Below are positions 50,145 to 64,000 of a stretch of 64,000 nt of DNA, in pieces. Source of the stretch: Eledone cirrhosa. Lineage: Eukaryota. The notes beneath the pieces were generated by a model, which was not told where the DNA came from, searched no databases, and worked only from the letters and a program-made list of their open reading frames with translations. Both the position numbers and the translations under genes were made by a program. The stretch's first letter is position 1; each line of letters opens with the position of its first letter. The DNA lies in the NCBI GenBank assembly GCA_964016885.1, contig OZ024752.1, positions 17,112,001 through 17,176,000 on the forward strand, written 5' to 3'.

Positions 50145-50531
50145 CTGTAAAATAAAAGTAGAAACTATGTAATGTAACTAGCTGGCCCCGTGCCGTCAAA
50201 AATGATGGCTCATTGTAATATCTATACATAATATAAACAAGAGATGTTTGTTGTTTGTTTCTTGGCACAAGAGTGATACGAATACACAAAGGCACAGCCA
50301 ATGTGTAGTCAATTCGCTATACATATACACAGACAAGTGTGACGAACCATAGAACGCTGGACTGCTATAGTTTCTCACCACTCTCCCTTCCTCAGTCATC
50401 ACATACATGTGTGTGTATGTAATAATCATTTCTCTAAGTGTGTCTGTTTATATATATGTATGTGTAGATGCATGCGTGTATTTGTAATTGTATAGTCTAC
50501 GTATCTTTCTAAATAAAACACACACACACAC

Positions 50532-50570
<39 letters not shown>

Positions 50571-50759
50571 TATTATATATAAATATAATTTACACAAACA
50601 CACACACGCACAAACACTCACATAATCATAACAGCCAATGTGTGTAGCCAATTTACTATACATATACACACACATACAGGAGTAGCGAATGTTAGACGCT
50701 GCTTCCTGTAGTTTGTCATCATCCCTTCCTTCCTCAGTCATCCCTTGTGCGTGACGTCT

Positions 50760-51183
50760 CACCCCTTCCTTCCACAGTCATCTCTAGTGCGTGACGTCAT
50801 CACCTCTTCCTTCCTCAGTCGACGTAATCCCTCTTCCTTCCTCAGTCGACGTTATCACCCCTTCCTTCATCAGTCGACGTATTCCCTCTTCCTTCCTCAG
50901 TCGACGTTATCACCCCTTCCTTCCTCATTCGACGTTATCACCCCTTCCTTCCTCAGTCGACGTAATCACCCCTTCATTTCTCTGTCGATGTAATCACCCC
51001 TTCCTTCCTCAGTCGACGTAATAAACCCTTCCTTTCTCAGTCGACGTAATACCCCTTTCCTTCCTCAGTCGACGTAATACCCCTTTCCTTCCTCAGTCGA
51101 CGTAATACCCCCTTCCTTTCTCAGTCGACGTAATACCCCCTTCCTTTCTCAGTCGACGTAATACCCCCTTCCTTCCTCAGTCA
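50760..51183. repeat. Minisatellite of about 25-29 bp (CCCCTTCCTTCCTCAGTCGACGTAATA), about 15 units
   Basis: Direct tandem units, most containing GTCGACGT. Confidence 0.9.
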
Positions 51184-51401
51184 TGACTAGTATGTGACGG
51201 AGAGTAATTTTAAATGTAATAAATAACGAAAAATTTAGCGGAGGTACATAAGGAATTATGTCGACCCAGTTCTGCTTGAAGCGTTGAGTTATGGCCTTTA
51301 AGTTCTGAGTTCAAATCCCGCCGAGGTTAACTTCGCCTTTCATCCTTACGGGGTCGAAATGGTTTAAGCATACATATATGTGTATATGTATATGTGTGTG
51401 C

Positions 51402-51448
<47 letters not shown>

Positions 51449-51793
51449 GTAATAATAAACATTTGAAGACTAAAATCCAAAGAGGGCTCGATAAGGATAA
51501 AAATATATCAAATATATAAGAACCGTAGAGCAAATATTTATTAAAATAACAGATTAAAGTTTAAGCAAAGAATCGCTGCTTTCACCCTTAACGGGATCTT
51601 CTGAAACTAACAAAGTCAATCTGTAAACGCAGAAGTGAATATTTCAAAAAACGTTACAACCGGAGGAAGACAGGAAGACGATACTTTGGTTCGTGGAAAC
51701 GTTCCCTGGCAAAGAACGGGAAAACACGAATATAATACGTCATTATTTGGAGCGGTGAAAAACAATTACACGCAAATATATATATATATATAT

Positions 51794-51938
<145 letters not shown>

Positions 51939-52305
51939 ATAGAATTAGAATTTCGTATTTCTTTAGAAATACGTAATCCAAATATATATAAATATATATA
52001 TATGAGTTCGGATCTAGCTGGTGAAACAACCGGAACTCAGCTGTCGGGGTCCTGACTTTTCCTATTACCCATTCTACTAATCTAATTATCGAGTACACTA
52101 GTACCTTATGGTTCACCTGGTTTCTCTAGCTTCACGCATAGCACCAGTAATGTACTGGGGTAATTGTTGGCCTTCTGCCAAAACTAGAAACAATTATTGG
52201 AGGAAATTACACCCGGCAGCATCGAAATGGTTTAAGCATGCACATATATGCGTATATATGTGTGTGTGTGAATATATATATATATTTTTTCTTTTTGAAT
52301 ATATA

Positions 52306-53018
52306 TCTATATATATATAAAGATGAAGTTTTCTGTATGTGTATGTGGACAATTTTTAATGAGGGCTCATATATTCTAAACCATTCATGCGATTTCTTTT
52401 AAATTTTTTACAGAGCTTCTCCTTGCACAAAACCTGTACATGATCTACAAAGGCTTTCAAAAATCGATATTGGGACCTTTGGAGACATTAAAAAAGTTTC
52501 GGTTATTTGTGTGAATTTTCGAGATTACGTAAGACAAGAGTTATCTTTAAGTGAAGACAAGAGTTACCTTTCATAATTCGGCTCATTCGGATTTTAATTT
52601 ACTCTTTGTACTTGAAACAAAAGCTACGCTTCCTTGAGACTAACAATATCATTTTGTATATTTTACAACCAGCAATTTCTAACAGATTACTAAGTTAAGT
52701 TATAGATTTGACATTGTATAATTTATCGTTTCAAGCTTGATGTTCATACATTAAGTGATGTCATAACTTTTATAATATTATGCTTTGTACATAATAGTGT
52801 CTATTATTCACTTCACTTCTCTATTTCATGATGCGCTTTTACTGTTGTCAAAAAAGACACCGAGATCACATATTAATTATTTCGCTGGAATAGTGCCTAA
52901 GGTTTTCATGTTTACATAAAGTACGTTTTTCTTCTATGTATGCAAATTTACTTTGTTTAGTTTAATGAGCTACACCGAAAGCTACTTGAACCGTCCAAAG
53001 GACGGGTAGTTTAACTAG
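52306..53018 (+). mobile_element. Non-autonomous Helitron
   Basis: 5' TC start (TCTATATATATATAAAG), 3' hairpin CCGTCC-AAA-GGACGG (52991-53005), then CTAG. Inserted between A and T. Confidence 0.8.
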
Positions 53019-53726
53019 TATAGAATAGAATTAGAATTTAGCTTCGAGCATAGCTGTATACAAATATGTATTTGAATTTCGTATTTCTAAAGAAATACGG
53101 TATGTTTATAACTAAACATTTACAAAAGCCGTAGCTTAAGTTTTTTGTTATACACGTACCGTATTTCTGGTTTCATTAGCTTTACCCATAGTTGTATACA
53201 TACATGTATTGAAATGTATGTTTATCCATAAACGTACATACATATGTATGGATAATAAACATACATATATATGTTTATCCCAAGTGTCTGCTTGGTAATC
53301 TGCTCAAAATAAATGTTTGGCTTATTTTATTATATGAGAAAATTCTTTCTTTTTCCAACACCACCACCTCCACCCTTCCATTACCATCATCATCATCACC
53401 ACCACCAACACCACTATCATTATCATCTTCGTCACCACTACTGTCACTAGCACTACCGTAGCCACCAACCACAACCATTTCACTACATCTCACCCCTTTC
53501 TCCTGTTCCGATCTTAAACACAGACTGAAATCCATACCTTTCGCAAATCTTTCCCTCTCTCTATCTCTTTCCTTTTCTCTCCCATTCTCTTTCTCTCACT
53601 ATATCTTCCCTACACTCTCTCTTCCATTCTCTCTCTGATATTTTCTCTCTCCAACACTCCCTTTCTCTCGCAGACTATCTTTCCCTCTCGCTCTCTCATT
53701 CTCACCCTCTCATTCCATTTACCTCT

Positions 53727-54175
53727 AATGAGGAATCTGCAGATACTCCATCCTGACTATCCCTTCAGATTTATACCTGTGATTATTGGAACACTGGGAT
53801 ATGTTAGTAACTGCCTCAGTACAAATCTTGATAAGCTGGACTTCACAGAACCAGAAAGAACACAATTAATTAGGAAATTACAAGTACAATCCATTAATAG
53901 AACAGTAAAAATATGTAAAACATTCCAAAAATTCTTCATGTAAATATTGCATGTACACATGTACAGATACAAAACATATGACCATGCACACATATAACTC
54001 AAAATATCTACATCCACACATACAATAACATCCATACTTACACACACACACGCATGCAGATATACATACGTAACTACCTAGTTGATGTTGTGTAAATTCC
54101 AATGAAAGAATCTTGTATCTATGTCAGAAACCGACTCTCTATTGGTAAAATATATAAGAAATTATAAAACCAGAA
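53727..54175 (+). mobile_element. Short 3' fragment of the R4/Dong-like element
   Basis: MRNLQILHPDY.FRF.PVIIG matches 63598 onward. Ends ATAAAACCAGAA followed by CATA/TA repeats. Confidence 0.85.
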
Positions 54176-54251
54176 CATATACATATATATATATATATAT
54201 ATATACACAATTAACAACAAAGAGCGCTTAGAACATAGGTATATCTTTAAT

Positions 54252-54297
54252 TGCTAACAGTGTTTCGTCCACACTAGAAGTGGGACTCTTCAGAGCA
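54252..54297 (-). ncRNA. Type I hammerhead (family D, GUU site)
   Basis: Reverse complement of 55404-55449 with C to T at the cleavage position. Confidence 0.8.
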
Positions 54298-54564
54298 TAA
54301 AGAGTAAATACATAGTATACAAGCATTGACAAAGCCAAAACAGTAAAAATATGTAAAACTGTTGAACTGCGGCTAACTGCAACACCTAAGGCGTTCGCGT
54401 GCTCCTGATATATTCCATATATCACCATGAGTCAACACTAGTGTCACCTTAGGATTTCTATAATAATATTATTATTACATGCCCTAATAATTACCATCTT
54501 GATTACCCTTATTACATCTTTTTACCCCCAGTTACATTTTTATAAATATGCATTACTTGGACTG

Positions 54565-54604
<40 letters not shown>

Positions 54605-55403
54605 TTGTATATACGTCTCTTGTATATATATTTTTTATATATATTTTTGTATATATTTTTGTATATTTTATATATTGTACGTATATCACTTGTTGAACAT
54701 AGCTTGATAGCTTATGCATTTGCCAGTCTTATCTTTACCCACACCTTCCTTTATGGTGTATATTTTACTCCATTTTTTTTGGTGTATTGTTTTATTTATC
54801 TTCTGGTGTATATTTGACTTTACTTTATTTTATTTTATTCTATTTTATTTTATTTTTTATTTTTTATCTTTTATCTATTTTTTATCTATTTCTTATCTAT
54901 TTTTTATCTATTTTTTATCTATTTTTTAATCTATTTTTTATCTATTTTTTATCTACCTCTTATCTATTTTTTATCTATCTCTATCTCTTAACTTGTGCCC
55001 ATCCGTCTATGATATGTTATTTGTATTAGTGTATACTGTATGTGTTGCATATGGGTGCTTGTGTGTAGGTGCATGCGGGTGCTCATGCTTATGCGTATAC
55101 TTGTATGTAGCTGTATGTTAACGGAACCCTGCCCAACTGTGAGTGATAACATTTCTTTTTTATTTTTCATTTTTATTTTTATTCTTATTTTTATTTTTAT
55201 TTTTATTTTTATTTTTATTTTTATTTTTATTTTTATTTTTATTTTTATTTTTATTTTTATTTTTATTTTTATTTTTATTTTACTCTTTTCTTATTTTACT
55301 CCTTTTACTTTACTCTTTAAACTCCTCCCAACTTATGGTATCCCCACACATATTCTTCTGTTTTGGCTTTGTCAATGCTTGTATACTATGTATTTACTCT
55401 TTA

Positions 55404-55449
55404 TGCTCTGAAGAGTCCCACTTCTAGTGTGGACGAAACACTGTCAGCA
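55404..55449 (+). ncRNA. Type I hammerhead (family D, GUC site)
   Basis: TGCT-CTGAAGA-GTCC CACTTCTAGTGT GGAC-GAAA-CACTG-TC-AGCA. Confidence 0.85.
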
Positions 55450-55576
55450 ATTAAAGATATACCTATGTTCTGAGCGCTCTTTGTTGTTAATTGTATTACG
55501 GCTCTGTCCTCTGACATTGAGCTAACCATATACTGCCTATTTGATAAGTGGAGTGTTACACACTCCCAATTCTCTC

Positions 55577-55653
<77 letters not shown>

Positions 55654-55689
55654 GTTGAAAATTGCAAACTTGACTGTCACCACATATTA

Positions 55690-55728
55690 TGAACCTGAAG
55701 ATTGCGAAAGCATGAAAGTACTTGATCA
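55690..55728 (+). ncRNA. Minimal hammerhead motif
   Basis: TGAAC-CTGAAGA-TTGC GAAA GCAT-GAAA-GTAC-TT-GATCA. One mismatch in stem I and a palindromic stem III. Confidence 0.6.
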
Positions 55729-55878
55729 ATTAACACTTAGAATTTAATATTCTATCATACTATTTCATTATAATACCATTATAAATTTTAAAGGATTGTA
55801 AATAAAACGAGTAAATCAGACAAAGTTGGAATTCCTCTTATTAATATAATCTTCTATACACAATCATATACACCCGTG

Positions 55879-56005
<127 letters not shown>

Positions 56006-56303
56006 GTATGAGACGTAGCTCCGTTTAATTGATTATTTGTCTAGTTAAGTGCTACGGGCTAAGAGGAAAAACTGGATACATTTTATCTTACTGATCCTCG
56101 GGGAGAATAGTCGGTATCATTTGTCTATTATTTCTTCGAAGTTACATTTAAAACTTATAGATCAGTTTAAATGATTATTTATCTAATTGATTTCTACGGA
56201 CTAGGGTGAAGAAAGATTGGGTGTATTTTATCTAATAATTCTTCAAACTTACAATTTTATATATATATATATATGTATATATATATACAAACATACATAC
56301 ATA

Positions 56304-56471
<168 letters not shown>

Positions 56472-56482
56472 ATGTATATATA

Positions 56483-56590
56483 CTAGACCACCCGTGACCA
56501 GTTGGGTCACGTTCGTTTCAAAATATTTTTTAAATAATTAAAATATACACAGACATGTATATAATGTGAAATGGAACTGGAAGGCCCATA
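56483..56590 (-). mobile_element. Helitron 3' end
   Basis: Minus-strand hairpin CGTGACC-CAACT-GGTCACG, then GGTGGT-CTAG-T. Confidence 0.55.
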
Positions 56591-56758
56591 CATATATGCG
56601 TGTGTATATATATATAGGAACAAGTAAGACCCCGACGGCTGAGCTCAAGCCGTTTCGACGGCTAATTCTGGACTGTTCCTATTACCCACTCTACTACCCT
56701 AAGTATTGAGTACTTTGGTGCGTTATGGTCCACCTGGTTCCTTACCACTTTTCCTTCG

Positions 56759-56794
<36 letters not shown>

Positions 56795-56951
56795 AATTAG
56801 TATATCTACCAACATATGTATACCTATGCTAGCAAATATATATGTTATGTCTTAGTAACTTTGTGGTTCTATGCAAGGGGATGCAGAACAATTATATGAA
56901 AGACGTAAAATAAGAAAATTATTAAAATTAACTTACTTACTAAAATTTTCA

Positions 56952-57031
56952 CTCCAACTAATTAGTTTCTGTAAGGGAATAAATATAGTTACGCAACGCA
57001 ACCATAGAAAAATCCTTACGTCATCAGGGAG
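56952..57031 (-). ncRNA. Type I hammerhead (diverged family B) within palindrome 56895-57170
   Basis: Minus strand: CTCC-CTGATGA-CGTAAGG...CCTTACA-GAAA-CTAATTAG-TT-GGAG. The plus-strand arm 57044-57170 is a 5'-truncated inverted copy. Confidence 0.83.
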
Positions 57032-58260
57032 TCTATTCTCAGCTAAGGATTTCTCTATGGTTGCGTTGCGTAACTATATTTATTCCCTTACAGAAACTAA
57101 TTAGTTGGAGTGAAAATTTTAGTAAGTAAGTTAATTTTAATAATTTTCTTATTTTACGTCTTTCATATATATATATGAATAAAGTTAGTCCTTCATCAGT
57201 GATCTTCCAACCTTCATTGGTATTTCATCGCTTTATAGACCATATACCTCCGGTTGGTGCGAGCAACGGCTAAAGAAAGTCGTTGGGACACGTAAATAAG
57301 GGGAACGAGCGAGACTGCAAACAAACAAAGATGGTAATGCAACGCAAAGTGAGGAAGAAAGAGTCAAGGCCCAGATTTCCATGAATATAAGTTCGGTGAA
57401 ATCGTGAACGAGAGAGAATAAAGACCATCAAACCTAGTCGAAATGTGACCCAGGAAGGAATTTCGCACAGGTCAAACGGGAGGAAGAAGGAGTCTAGTCC
57501 CTTAATTCGGTGAACATAAGTTCTGTGAAATTATAGACAAGAGAGAAAAAAGGAACAACCAGCCTGGTCAAGCGTGCGCGAGAAAAGAATTACGCACAGG
57601 TGAAACGGGAGGAAGTAGGAGAGGTAGTAGCAGAGAGTGAGTGAGTGAAGGGCGATGAAGAGGCTAACAGAGAGAGTGACTGTTAGAGAGGGTAAAGGGA
57701 GGTGAAAGATACAGAGAAAGAGGAAGCAGTAAGAACGAATATATATATATATATATATATATTGGTAAACGGAATAGAAAATGCTGACAAATTGTTCACA
57801 GTGGAAAATAGTTTAATGAGGAATAAATGAGAATTAGTAATTGTATTGGTTAGTATTCAGTTTTGGTTTTAAGTTTTACCGGTTGCGCATTTCTAAATGC
57901 TTTTCAAAAATAATTTTGAGATAGAGCGTCCGTGATGTTTGCTCCGATCTGATTAGTTTTGGGAATTCTACCTGTTTTTATGTTAAAAAAGTGGCTCCAG
58001 CGCTATTAAAATTGGTTTTTGCGCCAATTCGTGTTGCAAAAATTCTTGTGGTCAAAACAATTTTGATTGGTCGGTAGAGGTCATGTGAATGTAAAAAATT
58101 GATTTTGCGCCAAGACTGAGAAATGACTCTTTCACAACAAATATGTGTGTATGTGTGTGTGTGTGTAGTAGTAGTAAAGTGTTCGTTGTTGTGATAATGG
58201 TTAGCAGGGACGTGTGTGCGAACCGCAGCCTGTTGACAGTTCAAATGCTTATTAAGACAC

Positions 58261-58355
<95 letters not shown>

Positions 58356-58463
58356 GCAGAGTAATTCGTGGTAGAGGGATGGTCAGTAGGAATGTGTCTG
58401 TAAGTGAGTGGAGGATATTTTAACATGTTAAAAGATATTTTTCAGCTCTTGTCTTATACGGAG

Positions 58464-58500
<37 letters not shown>

Positions 58501-58779
58501 AGTCTCTTTGTATGTTAATGTACGAGTGTGTATGTGTGTGTGTATATATATGTGTGTGTGCGTGTGTGAGAATGTGTGTGTGTGTGTGTGTGGGTGGACC
58601 AGTATTTTTTTCCTGGTAAAATGGTGTACATTATTCGATATTTTCAGTAAAATTGATTCTCTCAATAGAACATCAAAAACCTTAACAATAAAAGGTGTGA
58701 AATGATATTGACTATATATATATATATATATATACATATATTCACTATATATATATATATTTTTTTTGTGTTGCACCAT

Positions 58780-60160
58780 AGAACATGTGTGTTTACGTAT
58801 GTCATTGTGTTTATATGTGGGTAGAGATGTGTGCTGATGTAGGTATGTATGTTGATGTGTGTATGTTGTGGGTTCGTCTTAGGGAGAAGTGTTTAGACGG
58901 GGTCCGTATTTGTTAATAAAGTAAGATTCCTTGCTGATGCGCTGGGTGTGGGTGGCATTATCTTTAAATTTGCAGAGGGGAAAGATTCTGAAGTTGGGAT
59001 GATTTTGGGCGGCACAGGTATCAATGTGTTCACTCAGTGGTATTTTCCTGTATTCCCGTATTTTAATTTGGGATCTATGGGCAGTCATGCGTTGGTGGAG
59101 GCTGTTTTTGGTCTGGCCTATGTATTGTTCTCGACAACCTGAGCAAGTTAATACATATATTAGATTTTCCAATGCACATGTGAAATTGTGTTTTACTATA
59201 AAACGTTGTCCTTCTTTGAAATAGAATTCCGAACCCTCTATTAGGTTGATGCAAATGCCACAGTTGGGTCTATCGCATTTTTTTACTGTGGGTTTCGTTG
59301 TTGTGGTTGGCAGTACTTTGGCATGTGTTAGGATGTTTTTCATTGACTTAGATTGTCTTTTGCTCTTTATGATATCGTGTGTTCGTAGGATTTGGTTCAT
59401 TCTATGGTCCTTTTTCAACACAGGGATGTTCTGGAGGATGGTGTCGAAGGCCTCATTGTTGAGGGGGTTGTGTGTGGAACTTTTAGTTTCGGTTGATTTA
59501 CTTTAGGGTGTCTAAGGTCCTGGGTACTGAGTTTTAGGGCACGTTGGAATCAATTGTCAATTAGTGATGCAGGGTAGTCCCTGCCTATGAGTGTGTCCTT
59601 TAATTCTTGTAGCCGTAAGTAGCAGGTGTTTTTATTGGAGACTATAGTACAGATTCTCTTGGCTAAGTTGTAGGGAATATTAATTTTAACGTGTCTAGGG
59701 TGGCAAGAGTTGAAAGGAAGATATTGCTTGGAGTCTGTGGGTTTGTAGTATATGTCTGTTTCTATTTTTTTGTTATGGATCTTAATGAGGATGTCGAGGA
59801 AGGGGAGTTGTTGATGGCTGTATTCCATCGTGAAGTTAATATTCGTGTTGAGCCCATTTATAAGGGTGTAAAATTCTTTAAGTTTTTCGATGTTTTCGTG
59901 CCAAAGGATGAAGCAGTCATCTAGATATCGCTTCCAGTTCCTTTCTATGTGTAAGTGGAGAGTGTTTCCAAATTTGTTTAGGACTTTAGTGTAGAGGGTG
60001 ATTTCCAGGTATCCCATGACTAGGTTGGCATAATTGGGGCTGTTTTCGTTCCCATAGCGGTCCCAGATTTCTGCCTGTAGGGTTTGTTATTGAAAACGAA
60101 GTAATTGTTCTCCAAGATAAATTTGAGTCCCTCTATCACGAATTCAATATTCCAATTGGA
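58780..60160 (-). mobile_element. Disrupted Penelope-like element (RT + GIY-YIG)
   Basis: ENNYFVFN..YRQKSGTAMGT, WKRYLDDCF, LPFLD, YYKPTD, CDRPNCGIC and NLIYVLTCSGCREQYIGQT. Confidence 0.9.
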
Positions 60161-60239
60161 TGACACTCGCACTTTCAAACATTCGATCGTTGAAGAGAAC
60201 AACCCTCGGAGGTACACTAATAATGCCACAACTACAGTC

Positions 60240-63200
60240 AGGTTGAATAACTGGTTATTCTTCTAACTATATCTTCTGAAGACACCTTTTATTCGAATTC
60301 GTAGAGATATCCGACTAAATACATAATTCATCTTACAAGGATTTGCTACAAACAGCATGGCTGAACACAACATCAACAAAAAAATTAAGGAAATACCGAA
60401 GACAAATAACAAGGAAGGTAATCAAACTTTATTCAGTTGTAACTACAGAAGAAAACGAAATTATAAATCGCATTTCTCTTTGAGTTGCGAACTTAATAAT
60501 GATTTATTTAATTGTTATAAAATGGCAAAAAACAATCCCTCCATTGGCTATATGAATAGAATGAAGCTACACTGGGACGAAATGCACCCAGAGCTAAATT
60601 ATTTCATAGCGAAACAATTACGCCAACAAGCGACGTTTGTTGAAAGTAAAAATAAGATAAATATTATTAATTGTAAGTCCCCCACAACAAACATGTTATC
60701 AACAACTCGTGTTACAGTTAAGCTACTAAACTTCCTAGCAGTCAGGTCGATCAATGCCTTGAAACAACTATGCCAGTAAGAAACTTGACACCACCTGTAC
60801 CATCTAAGTCTACCTCGAATGCTTGGAAAAACACTATCGATAATAATAATAATCGAAGAAATTTGACACCACGTGTACCATCCGAGTCTACCTCGACTAT
60901 TGTGGAAAATACTATCGATAATGATAATCAAAAGTATAAACAATTGAAAATTTCCCTCAATGAAATCTTCCCGAGAGAAATTAACTCATGTATAAATATC
61001 TCTCTTGCTGAACGTGTTAAAACGACAATGTTGAATAAAAAACCAAATAATGAAATATTACGTGTTATTGACGAAATAGGGATGAATATTTACGACGGAT
61101 AAAACCCCAACATTTTGGCAAATCAACGCCAAAAATACCATCATATATAACTAAAATAGAAAAAAGATTGCTGACCTACGAAAAAACATAGGATATGTGA
61201 CAATGCTCCTTACATGCAAACAAACACAAAAAAACCTCACTCCTCACCAACAAAGAGTGAAAAATAAAATAGAAACGATGTTTGGTAACAGTAGAACCAG
61301 AACTCTCCAATATAAGCTGATCACCCTCAAACAAGAATTTAGAACTGTTAGCGAAAAACGCCGATACCTGAAGAAGGTAGATGAGATAAAAGTGCTTAAT
61401 AAAAGATTCAGACGAAACCAAACATCAGTCTATAGAAATATGAAGGGCAAAATAATAAGTGTCACCGAGACCCCATCCCAGAAAGACATAGATTCCTTTT
61501 GGAGAAAAATATGGGGTGAAAAGAAGAATTTCAACCAAGATGCAATGTGGCTAAGAGAAATCCGAAAGAACTATTGCTCCTACACTACAACAAAAACATA
61601 CGAAATAAGTGAGGGTACCCTTGAGACTGTGATAGGAAACCTCCAAGATAAGAAAACACCAGGAAGAGACATGATTGTCGGCTACTGGTACAAAAAACTG
61701 ATATTCTATCGGAGGTATCTTACTGACCTCTACCAACAAGTTCTTAAGGGAGATACACTTATACCAGAATGGTTGACATTAGCACAAACATTACTGGTCC
61801 CCAAGAACAAAGACACCCACTTGGAAAAAACTACCGACCCATTGCATGTATAAGATGTATAAGATGTATAAGATGTATAAGATGTATACAGCCTGCCTGA
61901 ACCTATTCCTCCCAGATCACTGTGAAAATAATAACATCATCACAGATGAACAAGCAGCTAGAAAGAAAGGGGTTTGGGGATGTGCTGAACAACTCCTAAT
62001 CAACAAAACTGCGATGTCGGAGGTGCGACAACTTAGGAGGAATATGACTACAGTCTGGCTGGACTACAGGAAAGCTTTCGATTCTGTTCCCCACTCTTGG
62101 ATGATAGAGGCCCTCCAACTTGCTAATGTCCCAGACATTATTGTCAGAGCCATAGAGAGGCTGTCTTCTTCTTGGGCTACTATCCTAAGGTTAAAGACAG
62201 AGAGGGAGGACTCTATTTTCACTGATAAAATAAAATATTGCAGGTGTATATTTCAGGGGGACAGTCTCTCTGTGATATTATTCATCTTGTCATTAAACCC
62301 CTTGTCCTTTCTGCTCAAGAACTGTGAGGGATACATCATTGGCTCACAGGAGGACAGAAATACGAACCTAACCCATAATTTCTTTGTGGACGATCTGAAA
62401 CTCTATGCCAAGAACATGGATGGGCTGAAGAAAAATCTTGACCTGGTTACAACGTTCTCAAAGGATATAGGAATGGAGTTTGGCCAAGATAAATGCTCAT
62501 ACATGACTGTAAAGCGGGCAAAAACAACAACCCAATCTAGCAACATTGTCATCAATGGCCTGACTGTTTCACCGATATCTTATGAGGACTGCTACAGATA
62601 CCTGGGGATAGATGAGAACTTATCCTATAATGGTATCTGTAATAAAGAACGCGTAACCAAGGAATACTACACCCGATTAAGAAAGATCTGGTCATCGGAA
62701 CTCTCTGCACAAAACAAAATAGTGGCTCACAATGTGTTTGCTGTGCCTGTTCTAACACCAACGTTTGGAATACTCAATTGGACGATAGACGAAATCCGAG
62801 CAGTTGATGTTGGAACTCGAAAAATACTGAACAACACCGGAAACTTCCACATCAACAGTGACATAAACCGCCTTTACTTGAAGCGTAAGCAGGGGGGCAG
62901 AGGCCTAACATCAGTCCAGACAACATTTGAATGTCGCATCTTATCTCTCCGACAACATCTACGAACCTCGAAGCGTAGGAGCCCGTTTCTCGAGCAAGTC
63001 TATCTGCATGAAACAGATAAGATCATGAGAGTTGGGAAGGAATTCCTCGAGAGATATTCCCTGTGTGATAATCAAAAACTCACACCCAGGGAAGTCGCTC
63101 AGCAGTATCGCAGTGAATCCATGGATGAAAAGCTGCATGCCTATCAGCAAAAAATCATGCATGGATATGTTGCCAGGAAGCTCCAGAGTGAGAGTAATAT

Positions 63201-64000
63201 AGATAAGGAAAGTAGTCTATTTTGGACCAACAACCGCTATATTGGCTCCCACTTTGAAGGATACGCTTTTGCAATCCAGGAACAGGAGATTAGCACGAAA
63301 TACCTGATTCACAAAAGAGATAGGGATGCAGGCAAAACACGTAGATGTGATAACAAGTGCAGACTCTGCAAAAAAGATAGCCCGATAATAAACACATTAA
63401 AAGCTACAGCAATGTGGAAGACATCCATGTACATAATATGAAAGAGTAAAAACCCCAATAAAATGCAGGCATAACAGACCAGATATTATGATATGGGATA
63501 GGGAGAAGAAAGCATGCACAGGAGTAGAAATTAGATGCCCAGCAGATGCCAATATAATATCAAAGATTAGTGAAAAGGAGAACATTTATGCAGAACTGAT
63601 GAGAAATCTGCAGATACTCCACCCTGATTACACCTTCAGATTTATGCCTGCAATTATTGGGGTACTGGGATATGTTAGTAACTGCCTCAATACAAATCTT
63701 GAGAAGCTAGGCTTCACAGGAACAGAAAGAACACAACTAGTTAGGAAATTACAAGTACAATCCATTAATGGAACAGTAAAAATATGTAAAAAATTCCAAA
63801 ATATTTGCATCTAATAACTGCATATACACATGTACAGATACAAAGCATATACACATGCACACATACAACTCAAAACGTACACATCCACACATACAATAAC
63901 ATCCATATCTACACACGCATGCATACATACATATCTACCTAGTTGATGTTGTGTAAATTTCAATGAGGGAGTCTTGTGTCTATGTTAGAAACCGACTCTC
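60240..64000 (+). mobile_element. Near full-length R4/Dong-clade non-LTR retrotransposon (RT + RLE), frameshifted
   Basis: KTPGRD, WLDYRKAFDSVPH, FQGDSLS, FFVDDLKLY, YRYLG, RLYLKRKQGGRGL, AIQEQEI, CRLC and RPDIMIWD..VEI..K..Y. Several frameshifts and a deletion after CRLC. Confidence 0.88.

Larger units (their letters stand above)
54205..55495. mobile_element. Non-coding PLE-like insertion with about 140-bp inverted termini, each carrying a hammerhead
   Basis: 54205-54343 is the reverse complement of about 55357-55495. Confidence 0.8.

Noticed and set aside
50145-50301. N-terminal 52 aa of the 466-aa ORF
   Set aside because: The start is non-ATG and a strong splice acceptor ends at 50145, so this segment is probably intron.
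50760-51183. CRISPR-like or coding repeat
   Set aside because: No spacers are present, and the ORFs across it are low-complexity translations.
51565-51607. Hammerhead on the minus strand (CAGAAGA-TCCC..GGGT-GAAA)
   Set aside because: Core U4 is changed and there is no UH or stem I; at best it is decayed.
57762-58140. DNA transposon end
   Set aside because: It looks repeat-like, but no partner TIR or TSD could be found.
61846-61888. MYK repeat as a protein motif
   Set aside because: It is a 9-bp slippage expansion at a frameshifted position of a dead R4-like copy.

Overview
Repeat-dense, AT- and microsatellite-rich animal genomic DNA. The SINE family, the microsatellite load and the LINE mix suggest an octopus or other cephalopod (inference). 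Only one clear host gene is present: a GT11 alpha-1,2-fucosyltransferase (48901-50144, minus). The rest is nested mobile DNA: an intact Tx1/L1-clade LINE inside an (AAT)n tract; RTE-BovB-like LINEs with three C-terminal C2H2 fingers; a near-complete RTE-X-like LINE; R4/Dong-like and CRE-like fragments with restriction-like endonucleases; Penelope-like elements (PLEs); tRNA SINEs; Helitrons; a hAT relic; and two minisatellites. The main signal the ORF track misses is about 18 type I hammerhead ribozyme motifs from about 10 sequence families, all found by eye. Most lie in non-coding units arranged as tandem arrays and head-to-head inversions, often with their 3' ends running into (TA)n. Several have a long two-part helix II that is supported by compensatory changes. 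All assignments come from visual motif reading with no database search, and element boundaries are approximate.
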